Source: Octopus bimaculoides (lineage: Eukaryota). Taken from it: a stretch of DNA of 64,000 nucleotides. The stretch is taken from assembly GCF_001194135.2 (NCBI RefSeq), contig NC_068993.1:64245315-64309314 (forward strand), written 5' to 3'. The notes under the pieces are model-generated. The model saw nothing but the letters and a program-made list of their open reading frames with translations, had not been told where the DNA came from and did not search any database. The position numbers and the translations under genes were made by a program. Positions 13,753 to 28,030 of this stretch are shown one piece after another; the first letter of the stretch is position 1, and every line of letters starts with the position of its first letter.

Positions 13753-16216
13753 TGTTTCCGTATTAAAGATATAATTTTAAATAAATTTCTGAAGTTTAGT
13801 AATTTTAAAATGCAGGTCTACCATCTTTACTATAAGAAAAGACCTTATTTTAAGTGTTCCAATCAATTCGTATGTTATTTCCCTAGCATTTTCTATTCTG
13901 GGTTTAGTTCGGAAGTGCATCATTAACATAATGGTTGCAACTTTTGTTGCAAATCAACCTAACTATTCTAATTGTTATTTCGAGCTATTGAATTTATCAC
14001 ATATGGGCAACTTCACTGGATTATAATATTTCTTACATACTGTTGTTAAAATCCAGGGTGCCTCTTTTTAGACTGTTAAAATGAATTTATGGTATTCCTA
14101 GGCCTTATACAATTACGAGTACAAGTTGATGTTGGACAGAATTTTTCGTGATAGATTGTTGTTCCGTATCTCTGCACAGTGTGTTCAAATCTCACAGAGG
14201 TGGTCCTCAGATTTCAACCTTTTTGAATTGAAAAGTAGATACTAGTTGGGTACTCGAGACATTTCTCTTGTAGACTCTTTTGTAATTAACTGTATTAAAG
14301 AAAGTAACATTCACATCGAGGCTCCTTTACGAGTTTTATACACTCTGTACACTCGCTAAGACAAAACCATACATCGTACTATTTGCCCTTCCTTTCTAAG
14401 AAGCTAGACAAAGTGAGGTAACTTTGGCTGTTATTTCAAGCAGATCGATCGACAACATAATGGTTTCCGTCACGGAGATTATTGGGATTGGCTATTATTG
14501 ATTATAATAAAGCTTCTAACAATGTATTTGTGAAAGCTTTGTAAGTATTCAATCCAGAAATTCTGAATTTTATCGATACCAAATGAGTTCCAATATTCAT
14601 TTCTTCCCCTGGCGTGCGTCTTTTCATCCAATGGGAATTTTTTTCTTTTGTGTCTCTTTTTTTTTTGTGTGTCACTTTTTTGTGTCGCTTTTGTTTTCTT
14701 TTGTATTATGTAGCACACTTTGTGCTTCATCGCATTTTGCTCTTTCTCTTTTCAGATATTCTCTAAACATTTTATAGATTTTTTTATTATTATTTATTTG
14801 GAAGGGATTCTATATTTAAATTTTTCTTGTTTGAATCCCTGTGATGTTTTTTGATTGTTTCTTTTCCATTTATCCGCGAAATATTTTAGATTGTTCGAGT
14901 TCTTCTGTTCTTCTCTCGAAACGCTTTATTCTCCGAGTTTCTGCTTTAACAAAGTTGAATAAGATTTTCTATAATTTCCTGTACTTCATGTTCATATTTT
15001 ATTTTATGTTGTTACAATAGCTTTGCTATTTCATAATAAAAAAACATTCATATAGATATACCTACATAAGCACACCCNNNNNNNNNNNNNNNNNNNNNNN
15101 NNNNNNNNNNNNNNNNNNNNNNNNNNNNNNNNNNNNNNNNNNNNNNNNNNNNNNNNNNNNNNNNNNNNNNNNNNNNNNNNNNNNNNNNNNNNNNNNNNNN
15201 NNNNNNNNNNNNNNNNNNNNNNNNNNNNNNNNNNNNNNNNNNNNNNNNNNNNNNNNNNNNNNNNNNNNNNNNNNNNNNNNNNNNNNNNNNNNNNNNNNNN
15301 NNNNNNNNNNNNNNNNNNNNNNNNNNNNNNNNNNNNNNNNNNNNNNNNNNNNNNNNNNNNNNNNNNNNNNNNNNNNNNNNNNNNNNNNNNNNNNNNNNNN
15401 NNNNNNNNNNNNNNNNNNNNNNNNNNNNNNNNNNNNNNNNNNNNNNNNNNNNNNNNNNNNNNNNNNNNNNNNNNNNNNNNNNNNNNNNNNNNNNNNNNNN
15501 NNNNNNNNNNNNNNNNNNNNNNNNNNNNNNNNNNNNNNNNNNNNNNNNNNNNNNNNNNNNNNNNNNNTGTAAGTTTAGTTACATTTTAACTGCCTTTCAA
15601 AGATATACGTTCAAATTTTTGCTTTGTGTTTCTCAAAGTTGCAAAGATACTTGGATAGTTTCTCAACTCTGTTTTCGCCATTCTTGGCGGAACTAATGGT
15701 TAATGTTGAGGAACTAGTCATTTCCCCAACATTTCCAAGTAGGTGAGGTGTGCAATTTCTAGACGGACAAGATAGGTTAGATGAGATGTTGGAAGAGCTA
15801 TGTTAACTCTGTCATTCCCTTGCTAAAAGAAAGCTGCCTCACCTCTAGCACCAGCACCTCCATAGGAGTCTCAAACGAACATATGACAATAACAAGTTAA
15901 AACAACAAAAACGGTGAAATGAAAACAAAGCATCAACACCAAAAAGGAGAAAGAAAAATTGGAAAAAATTCTTGCTTCAGGAATTTCTCACCTCGATCAC
16001 CAGCGCCACTACTACCAGCACAAAAAGCCACTACGACGAACACATCTAACATTAGTGACTTCTCCACTGCTGCATGGGAGAAAGAAGACATTCATTTATA
16101 CTCTTAGGAAAAATACAGAACACTTCCTTACAATGTCTTTGATGCAACATAACTTTATTGAACGAGATCCATCCGGCAAGACACTTATCACAAAATGGCT
16201 ATTTACAAATGCTTAG

Positions 16217-18735
16217 GAATACAAAGCCAAAGAATAGAGCGAACGAGAGAGAACCAGGCTTTCCTATATCCGGGTGGTAAGTCGATGTACCTGGATATAT
16301 AGTAAGGACGCCACTGCCAGTGATCAGGCACGATGTGGCAGGGTTGCTTAAAGATGCCACATAACATTTCTTTGAACATCTCGCTTATGTTGTCTCTCAA
16401 ACTGAGACAGAAACAAGCACTCTATTGCGAAAAAATGAGAATAATTATATAATAATAATAATCTCTCATTATCGACAAAATAGAGAATGAACCTCACAAA
16501 GTTCAAGATAATAGAGGGAAAACATATATTACGCAATTTGATTCTATTTCTTCGTGTGCTTCAGTGTGCTTTATTTCTGTTACAGCTTTATTCCACGTAT
16601 TTGTAAGAGAAAACGAAGCTGTATCTCATTCACAAAAAATCAGTTATAAGACGCATGGGATCAACGACCGGACTTCTCGGCATTTAAAAAGAACAGTTCA
16701 ATCTATTTCAATGTGTAACGAAGTATCATTGATAATATAGATCCAAACAACTGACTTAAAAAGGGGGCGAAACGGATGATAAAGGTTAAATAAAAAAAAT
16801 AGTGGATCTCGATGAACGTTGACTTAAGGCTAAACAAGGACAGCATCAACAGATTTTTGTTATCGAATGGAGAGAAAAACTCAGTATCGTAAACAACATA
16901 GCAAAACATATAAATATCATCGAGTTATCAATCCTAGCAGTAAGATATCGTTCATTTCTACGGCACCGACTTACAGCACAGTGAAATGCCTCGTAGTGTC
17001 TTAGTTACATGTATTGGTCATGGAAAAAGCTTTGCAATAATGATAAGTTATTCTATCCATTTGAACAAAGACATTTTCAGTTTCTTCTTCTTTCCATGAG
17101 ATATATCTTCCGGTGTCAGTTTTGAAGTCTTCAAAAAAACAAAAAGACGAGAAGAAAAAAAAAAAGAGACGAACAACAGAAAAAATCCAACAAACAAATT
17201 CAATATATTTTACATTAAGAATCGTTTAAGAATATAATTCTTTGCCTGCCAAGTGAAAATATCTGACAGTGATAGATAGGGGAGATAATTCAAGACAATT
17301 TTCCTACGTATTTGGTAAACAGCCCAAAATCTTCGCGCAGAGCAAACCGTTTGTGTCAAAGTAGGGGAAATGAAATAGTTAAATGTATTTTCAAACTATA
17401 ATTTCAGAATAAATGATGTTTCGCAGGATTTTAGTTACGTAGTGTCTACGTCCTCTTCTTTGTTTGTATTTTATACTAAAAAACATGTTTATTTTTGAAA
17501 ATATATTTAGAAAACATTTGCCAAGCAAAAACTTTTGGCGGTCTATTTTCTGTTTCTCAATAACATAACTCATTTCTAAACATGAGCAATATTTACAACA
17601 GGTCCCAACGGATGTGATTGCTGCTTAGAGACATCAACGTAAGTAATACAAAATAAATTAATGTTCATTATATAGTACAGCTGCTAATCTTGATATTTAT
17701 GGACGTAAGGAACCTTTTTATGGTTGGAGGTTTGTCTAATTCAAATCAAACAAAATTGTTTTATGAAATCGACCACTAATAGTTGCCTGCTGTCGTTGCA
17801 GCTAGTGGTTACGTTTAAACTAACATGCACAAACTAACATGCCAAAAATATGTGTCTGCATCTGCAGACGAATTCCCACATGCAGTTGATCGGCACCGCT
17901 CTAAGGCAGTACAAGGGAGTGACAGGAGCAAAACAAAAATAGGAATAATCGATGGTCCTATTGATAAGCATGCATAAGGCATGTCTAAGCCATCTGTCTG
18001 GCGTGTTTCGGTTGACGGAGGGTGCAGTTAAATTATTTGGTGTGTTGGTTCCAATCTTTGGACGAGCGAGAAGTGATACGGAACGACGAGGACATTTATT
18101 AGTTTAAGCAAAGAATCAGCTGAAAAGATGCAATCTTTGAAGTGACGTTATCTGTTACCGGCTCACCATTCTAACTTGTTCAATTTTGTCTGACCGGGCT
18201 GGAAAATCTACACATACGTTTTCTGCTCTGAGGTGGTTCATCTGCTCTCAATACTTGTTACATGGAGGTCTAGAAATGTCACGGCAAATGTTACACAGAC
18301 ATGCCCTGAGATTACAGTATAACCTGGTTTTCCTTGATCTTGCAAATGAACGTGTGTGAACACCGTTTGTGGGATGCCTTTTTCCCCATCACGTCTCTGG
18401 CAGAACTGTAATACAGGATCAAAAAAATACTGAGGCTGGGATCCTGACACCTAAAATGTGGTCAATAGCTTACAGTATTACCAGTCGTTATATACGTTAA
18501 CTAACACACAAAAGCAATGTCGTTCTCGGGAAATCATTGGGTATCGACAAAAATCAATCTCTTCTATAGGACCTCTTTTCTCTGGAGTTGTGTTCCCATA
18601 AATTCCTGGCATGGTAGTCCTAAGAGCGTGGGTGGAATCGTCCGCTGCAAATTAACTCTACAAGCACAAAAGTGCTATCAGACAAGCGTGTTCGAGTTAC
18701 GCCCAGAGCGACGAGACTATTCGGATTGCAATTGA
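16217..18735 (+). other. Speculative three-exon chain (16217-16276, 17602-17638, 18570-18735); product unknown, Cys-rich
   Basis: All three start after an AG and the first two end at a GTAAGT donor. The phases join into one open frame: IQSQRIERTRENQAFLYPGGPNGCDCCLETSTTSFLWSCVP..DYSDCN*. No recognisable homology. Confidence 0.2.
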
Positions 18736-20238
18736 GCTTGTGCATTGCTGATTTGGAAATGTATGTGAAACAGATACAGTCGCACGTGGGGCGGATCCCG
18801 TTGCCAGCTGAATCCATTTTAAAGAGCCCCCACTGCCTTCATTTTGATAAGGAAAAGCAGACAGTTTCTATCTCTGATTGTTGAAGGTAAAGATTGAACG
18901 GTCTGAAAAGAGATATATTATATTTTGGCAAAACCCTCATTAGCTTTTCCAAAATAAACTAAACAGTGGAAGAGAGAAAGTATTTTCATCAGGAAAATTC
19001 CTTGATATGTTGACTATGGTGGCAAGCATTGTGTGTGGGCCTCTGCTCTGGGTATGTGCTTTCAGAAATGGCGAATTGTCCTGGTGTGTACAAAGACCGT
19101 GTTTTTGTAATGTTTTTAGAGATACTTTCACCAAACAACATGCTCAGTTGCATATTCCTGGTTCTTTATGTTCTGTGTTCAAATTCAATCAATGTCCACT
19201 TTGCATTTTATCTTTTTATGGTTAGTAAAATAAGTTTCATCGATGAAATCGATTGACTGGATCGAATTCATCGATCCCAAATTATTGACCTCGTGCTAAA
19301 ATATGAAACCATTATTATCAAAATTCTTTCTTTATTAACTACAAGCGCTGACGAGGGCCTCGAAGACACTATGGTCTATAGATCGCCTAATTGGGCGTGA
19401 AGGCGGGTGACTACGACATGTTAGCTTTGCGTAAGTTTGTCTAATCGTTATATTCACTAGATGTCGAATGTCCCAGTTTTGTGTTACATGGCTAAATCAC
19501 TTAATTCGCCTCGCATTTTCTGAACCAATTATTTCTTAACATTTGTTAAGTGTATGGAATGAGCGGTGTCCTGTAAAATTTCATTTCTGAATTTATGCTC
19601 TTTTTACTCATATTCAACATTTAGCCTACAAGTGTTGCTTGTATGTAGTGCAACAGTATTTCTTACATATTTTCTCCGACAAATTTCATTTTTGACCTAC
19701 CAGAGGCTTTGGTACAAAAGACGTGTCTAAGGGGTAGGGTGAAGTAGATTGGATCTACAAAGTACGTAGTTCCGAAACGAACTTATTCTTAATCACACAA
19801 CCGTATCTTCATACCGAAACGTGTAGACTTACCCCAGTTTATAATACGAATATTACTATTGTTGCTTATGATTGGAGCGACTGATCAACAAACGGCTACT
19901 GTTACGCTTGCTGATGCCATTAGAACTGGATTCATCTATTCATCTTTGTGAATGGTTGGCGTTACTTCTCATTCATGCAGAAATCCTCTCATGCATTAAC
20001 AACGCAAATTATTTCATAGATTATTAGAACAATATTTAAGAATCGGATTCTATACAAATTTAATGATGTTTGAATTATACAAGATGTTCTATTATTCAAT
20101 CTAACAAATCGATAACCAATATTGATTAATCATTCACTCTCTTCTCCAACTAGGCACAAATCTAGCATTGCTGTCCGTCATGTAACAATTATTAATATTG
20201 TTGGTGCTTATATATTTGTAAACAAAGTAGGATATATA

Positions 20239-20277
<39 letters not shown>

Positions 20278-20564
20278 TAAAGTTAAAAGTGAGGAATCAT
20301 CAATCCCAGCAAAATACTTTATAAGCACTTTGTTCGTTCACCAGGTTAACAATATTGTCTAGATTAGTAAATGACACCACGTATCCCTGTCGTAAGATCC
20401 GAGGTCATGGATCATCACCATTCTTTATTGTAAATCCATGTCTTCGAGTTATATTAATTTATACACAGAGAGATGCCCAGGACAAAGAATAAAAATAACG
20501 GTCATTACTTGATTTCTTTTATTCTAGTAAATTTTTTAACACCTGTTTCTATTAATGATTATAG

Positions 20565-21073
20565 AGTAAAATATAAACTCAGATAAATACGTGTCCATAT
20601 TGCAGGAAGGGTTCGTTCCAAACTTCTCCAGTAGTGAAATGATTAAAGAAGACTATTTTATTTATGAAAGATGGGGCTCCTTATCACATAACTAAAAAGA
20701 CACAAGATTGATAGGAAGAGAATAGCATTAAAAAGCTTCCATGGCCAACCAGTCATCAGATATGAACCCAAATGAAGACCTCTGAAACATATTCGATAGG
20801 ACTCTTCATAAAAAGAACAAGAAATAATTTTCAAAGCCAGATATTTGAGATTATTGCATGAAACTTGGCAAGAAATTCCTCAAGTGAATATTCGTCATCT
20901 GACCAGTAGCATGTCTAATAGGGTCCTTGCACTGAAAAACGCAAAGGGAATGGCTACTGAATATTATATATTCACATTATAATAATTTATAAATAATCTG
21001 AATGTATAGTTTCAGATTTAAATAATTTTTAATGATTATAAGGGTGTCTATTTGCTTCTGTCAAGTTTGTGTA
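20565..21073 (+). mobile_element. Tc1-family (DD34E) transposase relic, C-terminal part plus probable right TIR
   Basis: With frameshifts and stops it reads NINSDKYVSILQEG..FMKDGAPYHITKKTQD**EENSIKKLPWP-QSSDMNPNEDL*NIFDR..ETWQEIPQVNIRHLTSSMSNRVLALKNAKGMATEY. This fits the Tc1 DxA-H, WPxxSPDLNPIExxW and KGxxTKY motifs. Confidence 0.85.
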
Positions 21074-22401
21074 TATGTTTGTGTCTATCGTAAATACGAA
21101 ACCCAATAATAACCACTGCCATAACCAACTCCTTAGAGAACAATAATACAAAAATTAGTAGAAAAAGATGAGTAACGCCATTTGAAATAAAAGACGATAA
21201 CAAGAGATGATGTGGACCTGGAGTGTGTTATTTCAGCAGTTGAATGGATTAACTGTCATCCGAGGTCAATATGGAATGATTTGAGTTTGAACAGCAAAAA
21301 CAATACAATAGACAAGCACAATAAGACAATTCCTACAACGAACAATAATCCTACTACCACCATCATCACCATCCCCACCATCACCTCCATCACCAACGCC
21401 GTAACCAAAACGAACCCCCACCACTATTAACCCATCACTATTAACCCATCAAAGAAACAACTGGCAACGGCAACGAGAGTACCCGCTTGGGAGCGATGTC
21501 TGAACCTACTTATGCTGTATGTCCTATGCTTGTGCATATGTGTGTGTGTGTGCGCGCGTTTGTAAATGCAGCATAAACTGCTTGCGGCCCAAGTAAGAGG
21601 CTCGAGGCACCAAGAAATCTTTCTTCTTACGTGGAAACAATTGAGATCGATACTGCAACACAATGAAACAAAAATCATTGATACAGTGATCACAATATCT
21701 CATGGTATTGTAAGAAGTGAGAGGCTGAACCCATTAAATATTTAACGTCTGTTATATGGGTCGGAGCAAAGGAGAAACTCTCAGGCAGGGACCAGATCTG
21801 GAACTGTTAACACAATGGGCTCCAAAAAAAATCACAAACAATGTTCAGTTTTGAAACATAGCTACCAACTCTTCTCCCCCCACAACTTTACTCTACATTT
21901 GTTAATAAACGAAAGATACTTTAGGTAATATCATCCTTCAGTTATTATAATATATACTATATTCTCTAACTATACTATATTCTACATAATGTACACTGCA
22001 TACGCTAAATATAATTGGTTAGTCACAGCTGCTTGTATTTCTCTGATCGTAAGCGTTCTCTATTAACACAGGCCTCGGGCTGGACAATGACTTTATATTT
22101 TAGAAATTGCTTTGTGAGACCAATATTTTGAAGTGAATTTCTTTTTGAGTGGTGGGGTATTTCATTAACACTTTGACAACTTTGATCTCACATCTGTTAC
22201 ATGAAGACAGGCGTAAAATGGAACAACAACAATTACACAAACAGTTACACAACGCCACAAGGAAACAACAATAATAAACATTTTCCACTGTCAGATATTA
22301 GTTGACAAAATAGAAATGGAGTTTTCTTCTCAATCGCCTATAAATAACAACAAAAGCTTCCTCAATACGTAGTAATAATCAATTTATGTATTCCTTTATC
22401 T

Positions 22402-22449
22402 TTTGTTGAACCAGTATATTTGTTGAACCAGTATATTTGTTGAACCAGT
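22402..22449. repeat. 17-bp tandem repeat, about 2.8 copies (TTTGTTGAACCAGTATA)
   Basis: Read directly from sequence. Confidence 0.95.
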
Positions 22450-22972
22450 TAGAGACTAATAAACAACTGAAATAACAGCATACTAGAGTAAAAACACTTG
22501 CATTGGCAAATGAATGATTTCAACAATATCAATACTATAAGAACGAGGCTTAGAAAAAATTGCGAAAAATATTCTTATAGTAAACGTTATTATAATGGAA
22601 TGAACACAATATTTCTTACGTATCTCTTGGTGAAAATGGTCGACAATGCTCAGTCACGTTCGTGTACACAGATTTTAAATACTACATAAAACATTTTTGT
22701 GGAAGTGAAAATAACTCCCGTTCACCTAAATATTTGTAAAGAATATATTTTTGAAAATGGCTGAAGGGCTAAAAGAGTGAAATAATTCTAACAAAGCACT
22801 TTCTTCCGGTTGATAATTTAAAAGAAAAAGTAGACGAGAAAAATTCATTTTCAACCCTTATTTAATGGTGAAATTTTGGTTTTATGCAAAGACAATGTCT
22901 TTCATAAATATTAAACAGTGCCTACATGATGTCTGCTTCTAAAGCCGCTTTCATATACCGATTAAATGAATA

Positions 22973-23180
22973 TTGGTCTTAGATTTCGGCACAAGGTCAA
23001 CAAATTTGGGGGAGGTTGTAAGTGAATTACATCAACCTCAGTGCTCATCTGGTACTTGTTTTATCAGTTCCGAAATGGTAACAGGCAAAGTCGACCTCAG
23101 CGGAATTTGAACACAGAACCTAAAGTCGCATGGAATGCTGCTAACCATTTCGTCCGGCGTGCTAACGATTCTGCTAGCTC
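22973..23180 (-). mobile_element. SINE family A copy
   Basis: Reverse complement of family A motifs: GGCAAAGTCGACCTCAGCGGAATTTGAAC, CATTTCGTCCGGCGTGCTAACGATTCTGCTAGCTC. Confidence 0.8.
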
Positions 23181-24467
23181 AAAACCTTTCCCTTAAAAAA
23201 ATATATTAAAAACAAGAAAATTAAAGCTCCTTTTACCATAATAAAGATTTTTAAAAAAGGAAAGTCTACACTTACTCTGCGGTCGATCATAAATTGTATC
23301 TGTCATCTGAAACTACGTATGTAGCATCATTGTACGTATGTAGCATCATTATCGTTTGTTTTATGTAGCATCATCATCGTTTGTTTTAAACATTCACATG
23401 CCCTGCATGGCAATGTTTTTAACGTAAAAGAAATATTATGAAGTAACATTATATAAGATTTACAAGTAGATCACACACTTACACAATTTAGCCAAAGTGT
23501 TTTTTTGTTGTATCGTCGAAAGTTTGTTTCCTTGCAAAAATTAGTGTACTAGAGATAACAAAAACTCGGTTGATTGTAGTAGTTTTGTTTAACCACTGTT
23601 TACGCTTGAATGAATGAATCAATGCTTAAAGGAATTTTAGCTGTAACGATATCTAATGAGCCCTTCTCTTTTATGATATGCTACATTGAGAATGAGACGG
23701 AGAAATATGCTATTTCTAGCATTACAAGTGACTACGCAGTGTATTTATGATAGACAGTTGTGCGTGGGGAAACTGGTGCAAATAAACGATGGTAGAACAA
23801 AAAGTAGATGCAGCTTCCGTAGCATTAATAAATATGTACGGTCAGATAAGGATATTTAATTTTAGAAATGTTTGATTGCTCGATTACATTCTTAGATAGC
23901 AGACGCAAAACTTCCATATATTTTATTTTTCACACAAAACCAGCATCCGTAAAGATTGCATTTAAATGGGATTTTGTAAGACAATTATATATTTTATTTG
24001 AGCATTTTTTTCTTTCAAAATATCGGCAAAACACCAAAAACATTTGCACAAAATGGATATTAAACTCCCTATTACGATGAAGAAATAAATAAATGTTTTA
24101 CTTGCCTATATCCATGCATGCGTAAAACTAATATCAACGTATCGATTCATCGATGTACAGTTATATTTTTTCTTGTCTATCTATCTTTATATCTTTCTGT
24201 TTATCTATATATATTTGTGCGTGCATACATACACATCTATATATACGTTTTTATATACATAGGTATGTGTGTATGCACATATATTATGTATGTAAAACTA
24301 ACTTTCTTCATCTCCCTGTTTGTTAATATCAATGTCTTTATCGTCTCTCATATTGTGTGCGTTGTTTTTACGAGTGCATTTGTGTACTTGCGTGTGTGTA
24401 GATATATCTGGATGGAAGCAGCTATCTAGGCATGCATATATCGAATGATTCTTCCGTAGACGACTAA

Positions 24468-24680
24468 AGCAGCAACCAAGCTTGCTTTGTAAGGAGGATA
24501 ATTTTCGTTGAAGACACTGCAGAACGACAAGCAAAACCTGTTGGAAGACAAATGACTTCAGCCGTCCAACAGCTGGAAATGAGAGATTCTGGCTTTACTA
24601 TAGACATCTCTGATGGAGAGGCAAAATTCCGATGTAAAAACTTGAACGCCGATGTTCTTTTGCGGCAAAAGCAGACGTAG
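24468..24680 (+). other. 70-codon stop-free frame with protein-like composition; possible exon
   Basis: SSNQACFVRRIIFVEDTAERQAKPVGRQMTSAVQQLEMRDSGFTIDISDGEAKFRCKNLNADVLLRQKQT*. Non-repetitive and GC-richer than its flanks. Splice sites weak. Confidence 0.2.
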
Positions 24681-25777
24681 TTTACAGATAAGCTCTGGGA
24701 AACATATGCATATTTCTTTTCTGTATTTGATTTCCTGATATAAACTCGTTAACCGAACCAAATATTATTGTATCTCAGGAAGACAGTTATGCTAATAATA
24801 AACACACGCAGTGGTTCAATTTCATGTCTGCATTATTCGTAAATTCGTTAAACATTTAAGAAGCGAACCATCGATTGTTTTGAGTGATCATTCGGTAAAT
24901 CAGCTGTATTCGCCGAAGTTAATTCATCACCATTTGTGACATCTTCACTAACGAATCCTTTCTACCGGTCATATCCTGGCAGCCAAGTGACAAGTAATAA
25001 AGAAATGAAGTCGAACGGTGTGTGTGTTTATAAATATATACATGTTAAGTAAAACATACAGATGGTTCAATACTAATATTAATCTAATAGAGCTGGTTTA
25101 TTAAGTAATATTCATAATCACATTTATATTGACTTGAGGACTAAAGGGTCACCAGGTGACGTGAATGTATCATAAATATTGGTGAATGATAGTAACAGCA
25201 GTGTGAGTGTGTTCACACACACAAACACAAACACACACACACATACACACACCCATATATATGGTGTGAAGTTTATTGATATTTCATAAACAACTTTTTG
25301 AACTTTTTTAAACTTCCCATATAATCCCTGATGAAGGATATGTATATACACGAGATGGGTACAAAGAGTTCACCTATTCTGAAATACCTTATTTGAAACG
25401 GCCGTGGGATATATAAGAATTCGATCTATGGATTTAAGTATTCACTTTTTTAGCGACCCATTCATCCTTTAATATCTGATTTTGCAATGCATTGACAATG
25501 TACATTGAACACCTGAACTTTTTAATATTTTACAGCAGATTCAAGTGATCTCATATGAATATATATTTTACATTTTACATTTTATATTTATGCATTTTTA
25601 TATATATTTTTTGTATTCATATATTATATATTTTATGTGAGGTGTTGTGTCTTTCGAAGAATATATTTAGGAAAATAATCTGTTTTTTTGATTGTCAATA
25701 TCTCGAAAGTTGCCATTTCATTGAAACCTACATTATATTCTTTGAGCTCTATTTAATGAGCGGTAACTTTTGTTATA

Positions 25778-25858
<81 letters not shown>

Positions 25859-27936
25859 ATATACATATACACACACTGATGAATTTAATTTCTCTTTCGA
25901 ATGACATAGCATAACGGCTATCTAATACATAGAATACCATGTAAATCCTTGTACGTCCAAATTCTAATAAAGTAGTAAATATAGTTTTCCTCCCATTCTC
26001 GATTGGTATTATATACACTTCAATAAGTCTATTAACTTTCTCTAAACATTTTAATATGTCTATCTCTTTCAGCTTGCACTATGAAAAGCATAAATTTTCT
26101 CGCTGTCACTTTAGGTTTGAATAACTGCTGACATTTTTGCTTTCCATAAATCTAATGTTAGTCTTAACTGCATACGCAAAAATCTTTCTAATCATCAAAA
26201 ATCTATAATTGTTTATCATATAAAGAATATTCCATTTAGAATACCAAAACTAACCTCTAACGTAGAAACTTTTTTATGATATCTGTGAGTATTATAATTA
26301 TAACTGTGAGGAAGTTTTGTTGAAAAGTGGTTCTGAAGAGATAAGACCCAGTTTACTACGCCCTCCCATAGAAACAATTCTAAATATAGCGTAAATTCTA
26401 CACATAAGTATAGTTAGCGTATCAATACACTACCCAACACTAACTCAAACTGCAAACCGTACAAATATTGCTATGAAGCGAGTAAGTGATAACTCTAATA
26501 TAATCGCATCTAATATAATTAAGCGCAATGCTAATGTAACTAGCATTAGTGCATGGAAAACAAATAATGAAATCTCTGTTATTAGAAAAGCAAAACTGCT
26601 AAATTTGCTGATAGTCGTAAACATTTACTTAACAAACAGAAATAGTGAATCTAAATCTCTTGAGAATGAATATGCAAAAAATATGAGAAAATGCGTCCAG
26701 AAATCAAATAAGTGGAATCCAACGGCTATAACACACCAAATGCTAATATCAAAAATTATAACTTAGAATGTAGTGAAAAAGAAATTACATAGACCTTTCT
26801 GAAAATTGAATATTCTAACAACTCATTGAAATCAAAATATACTTCTCGAAGAATATTTTGTCACGCACCAAAAGCTAGAGATGTTAAAACAAGGTAAAAG
26901 AATGTAATTAGCTTTAATACACTTGATGTAAAAAAATGTTAAGACAAAAATAACTAAAGTTTTCTTCGACACATTGAGTGGTAACTTTCCTCTGAACCGC
27001 AAATGTCACTGCATTTTTAAAAAAATGCACTGTAAATTCTGATACTCTACAGCACCAAACTGGCTAATATTATACGACAATCTAATGCAGTAAAATGAAT
27101 AAATATAGCAAATAACACACAAATAATATAAGTATCCCAGATTACCCTAATTATCCGAGTAGTTCTAAAATGTTTGATATTTAGCACATAGGTGTGAAGA
27201 ATACAATATCCAAAATATACACCCGCAACATTCATGGTAACATAATAAATGAGCCTAACAAAAAGTTGATAATTCTAAACGCATAGTTAAATAAATAACT
27301 GGGAAAATTAACACTTGTAATCTTCATCCAAAAAGAAAAAAAAAAATAGAAATGAAACTTTATACACCCAAAGGAAGGTGGCTACAAGTGGTTGGTCTAT
27401 CATTGAGCAAGAAAATATACATTGTAACAAAGCATTTAATTTCCAGTTTATAATATATAGGTGCGAAATGGTTGTGATAAAAACCGAAGTCCTTTAGAGT
27501 TGTTTCTAGAATAGGTAATCGTATGGAACAGGTTATTCAGTAAATAATTCTACGTAAGCTATGTATTCCTGCATCGGAGAGTGAGAAAGAAAATATAGAA
27601 ATGTAGGATATCCTAAGTCAAGAATATTGTTATTGAGTAGTCCTTCGAGAAACTAAGGAATTTTCAGGTCGAAAGATAAATAGATATGTTCGGAATTTCC
27701 ATGATAACAGAGTTAATAAACTCCTAGGTAATAATAAAAATGATAATGTCAGTTAGCAGTTCTGCAGGCAAAGTTTCTAGGATAATCCTTGGCAAAGGAA
27801 AATGTATGTTACCAGTTCTATCTTTGAATAGGAAGTGAGTCAGAAACTTCAATCATGGAAATAGCAAACATCTGCCTTCCACTCTGGAAGTTCCTTGGTT
27901 TCTCGAAGAACTCGTAACTAATATCTTAGCTTGAGG

Positions 27937-28030
27937 AAGGCGGTGAACAGGCAGAAACGTTAGCATGCCGGGCGAAATGCTTAGTGGTATTTCGTCTGTC
28001 TTTACTCCCTGAGATCAAATTCCGTCGATG
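27937..28030 (+). mobile_element. SINE family A, head only (3'-truncated)
   Basis: GGCAGAAACGTTAGCATGCCGGGCGAAATGCTTAGTGGTATTTCGTC..GAGATCAAATTCCG, closely matching 30757-30842. Confidence 0.8.

Noticed and set aside
19341-19390. CTGACGA-GGGCCTC-GAAGAC..GTC hammerhead-like string
   Set aside because: GAAG instead of GAAA, poor stem II, and stem I does not pair. At best a decayed relic.
25326-25465. CTGATGAAGG.. motif followed by a possible mariner-like inverted repeat pair
   Set aside because: Stem II is broken, GAGA replaces GAAA, and the putative TIRs match only loosely.
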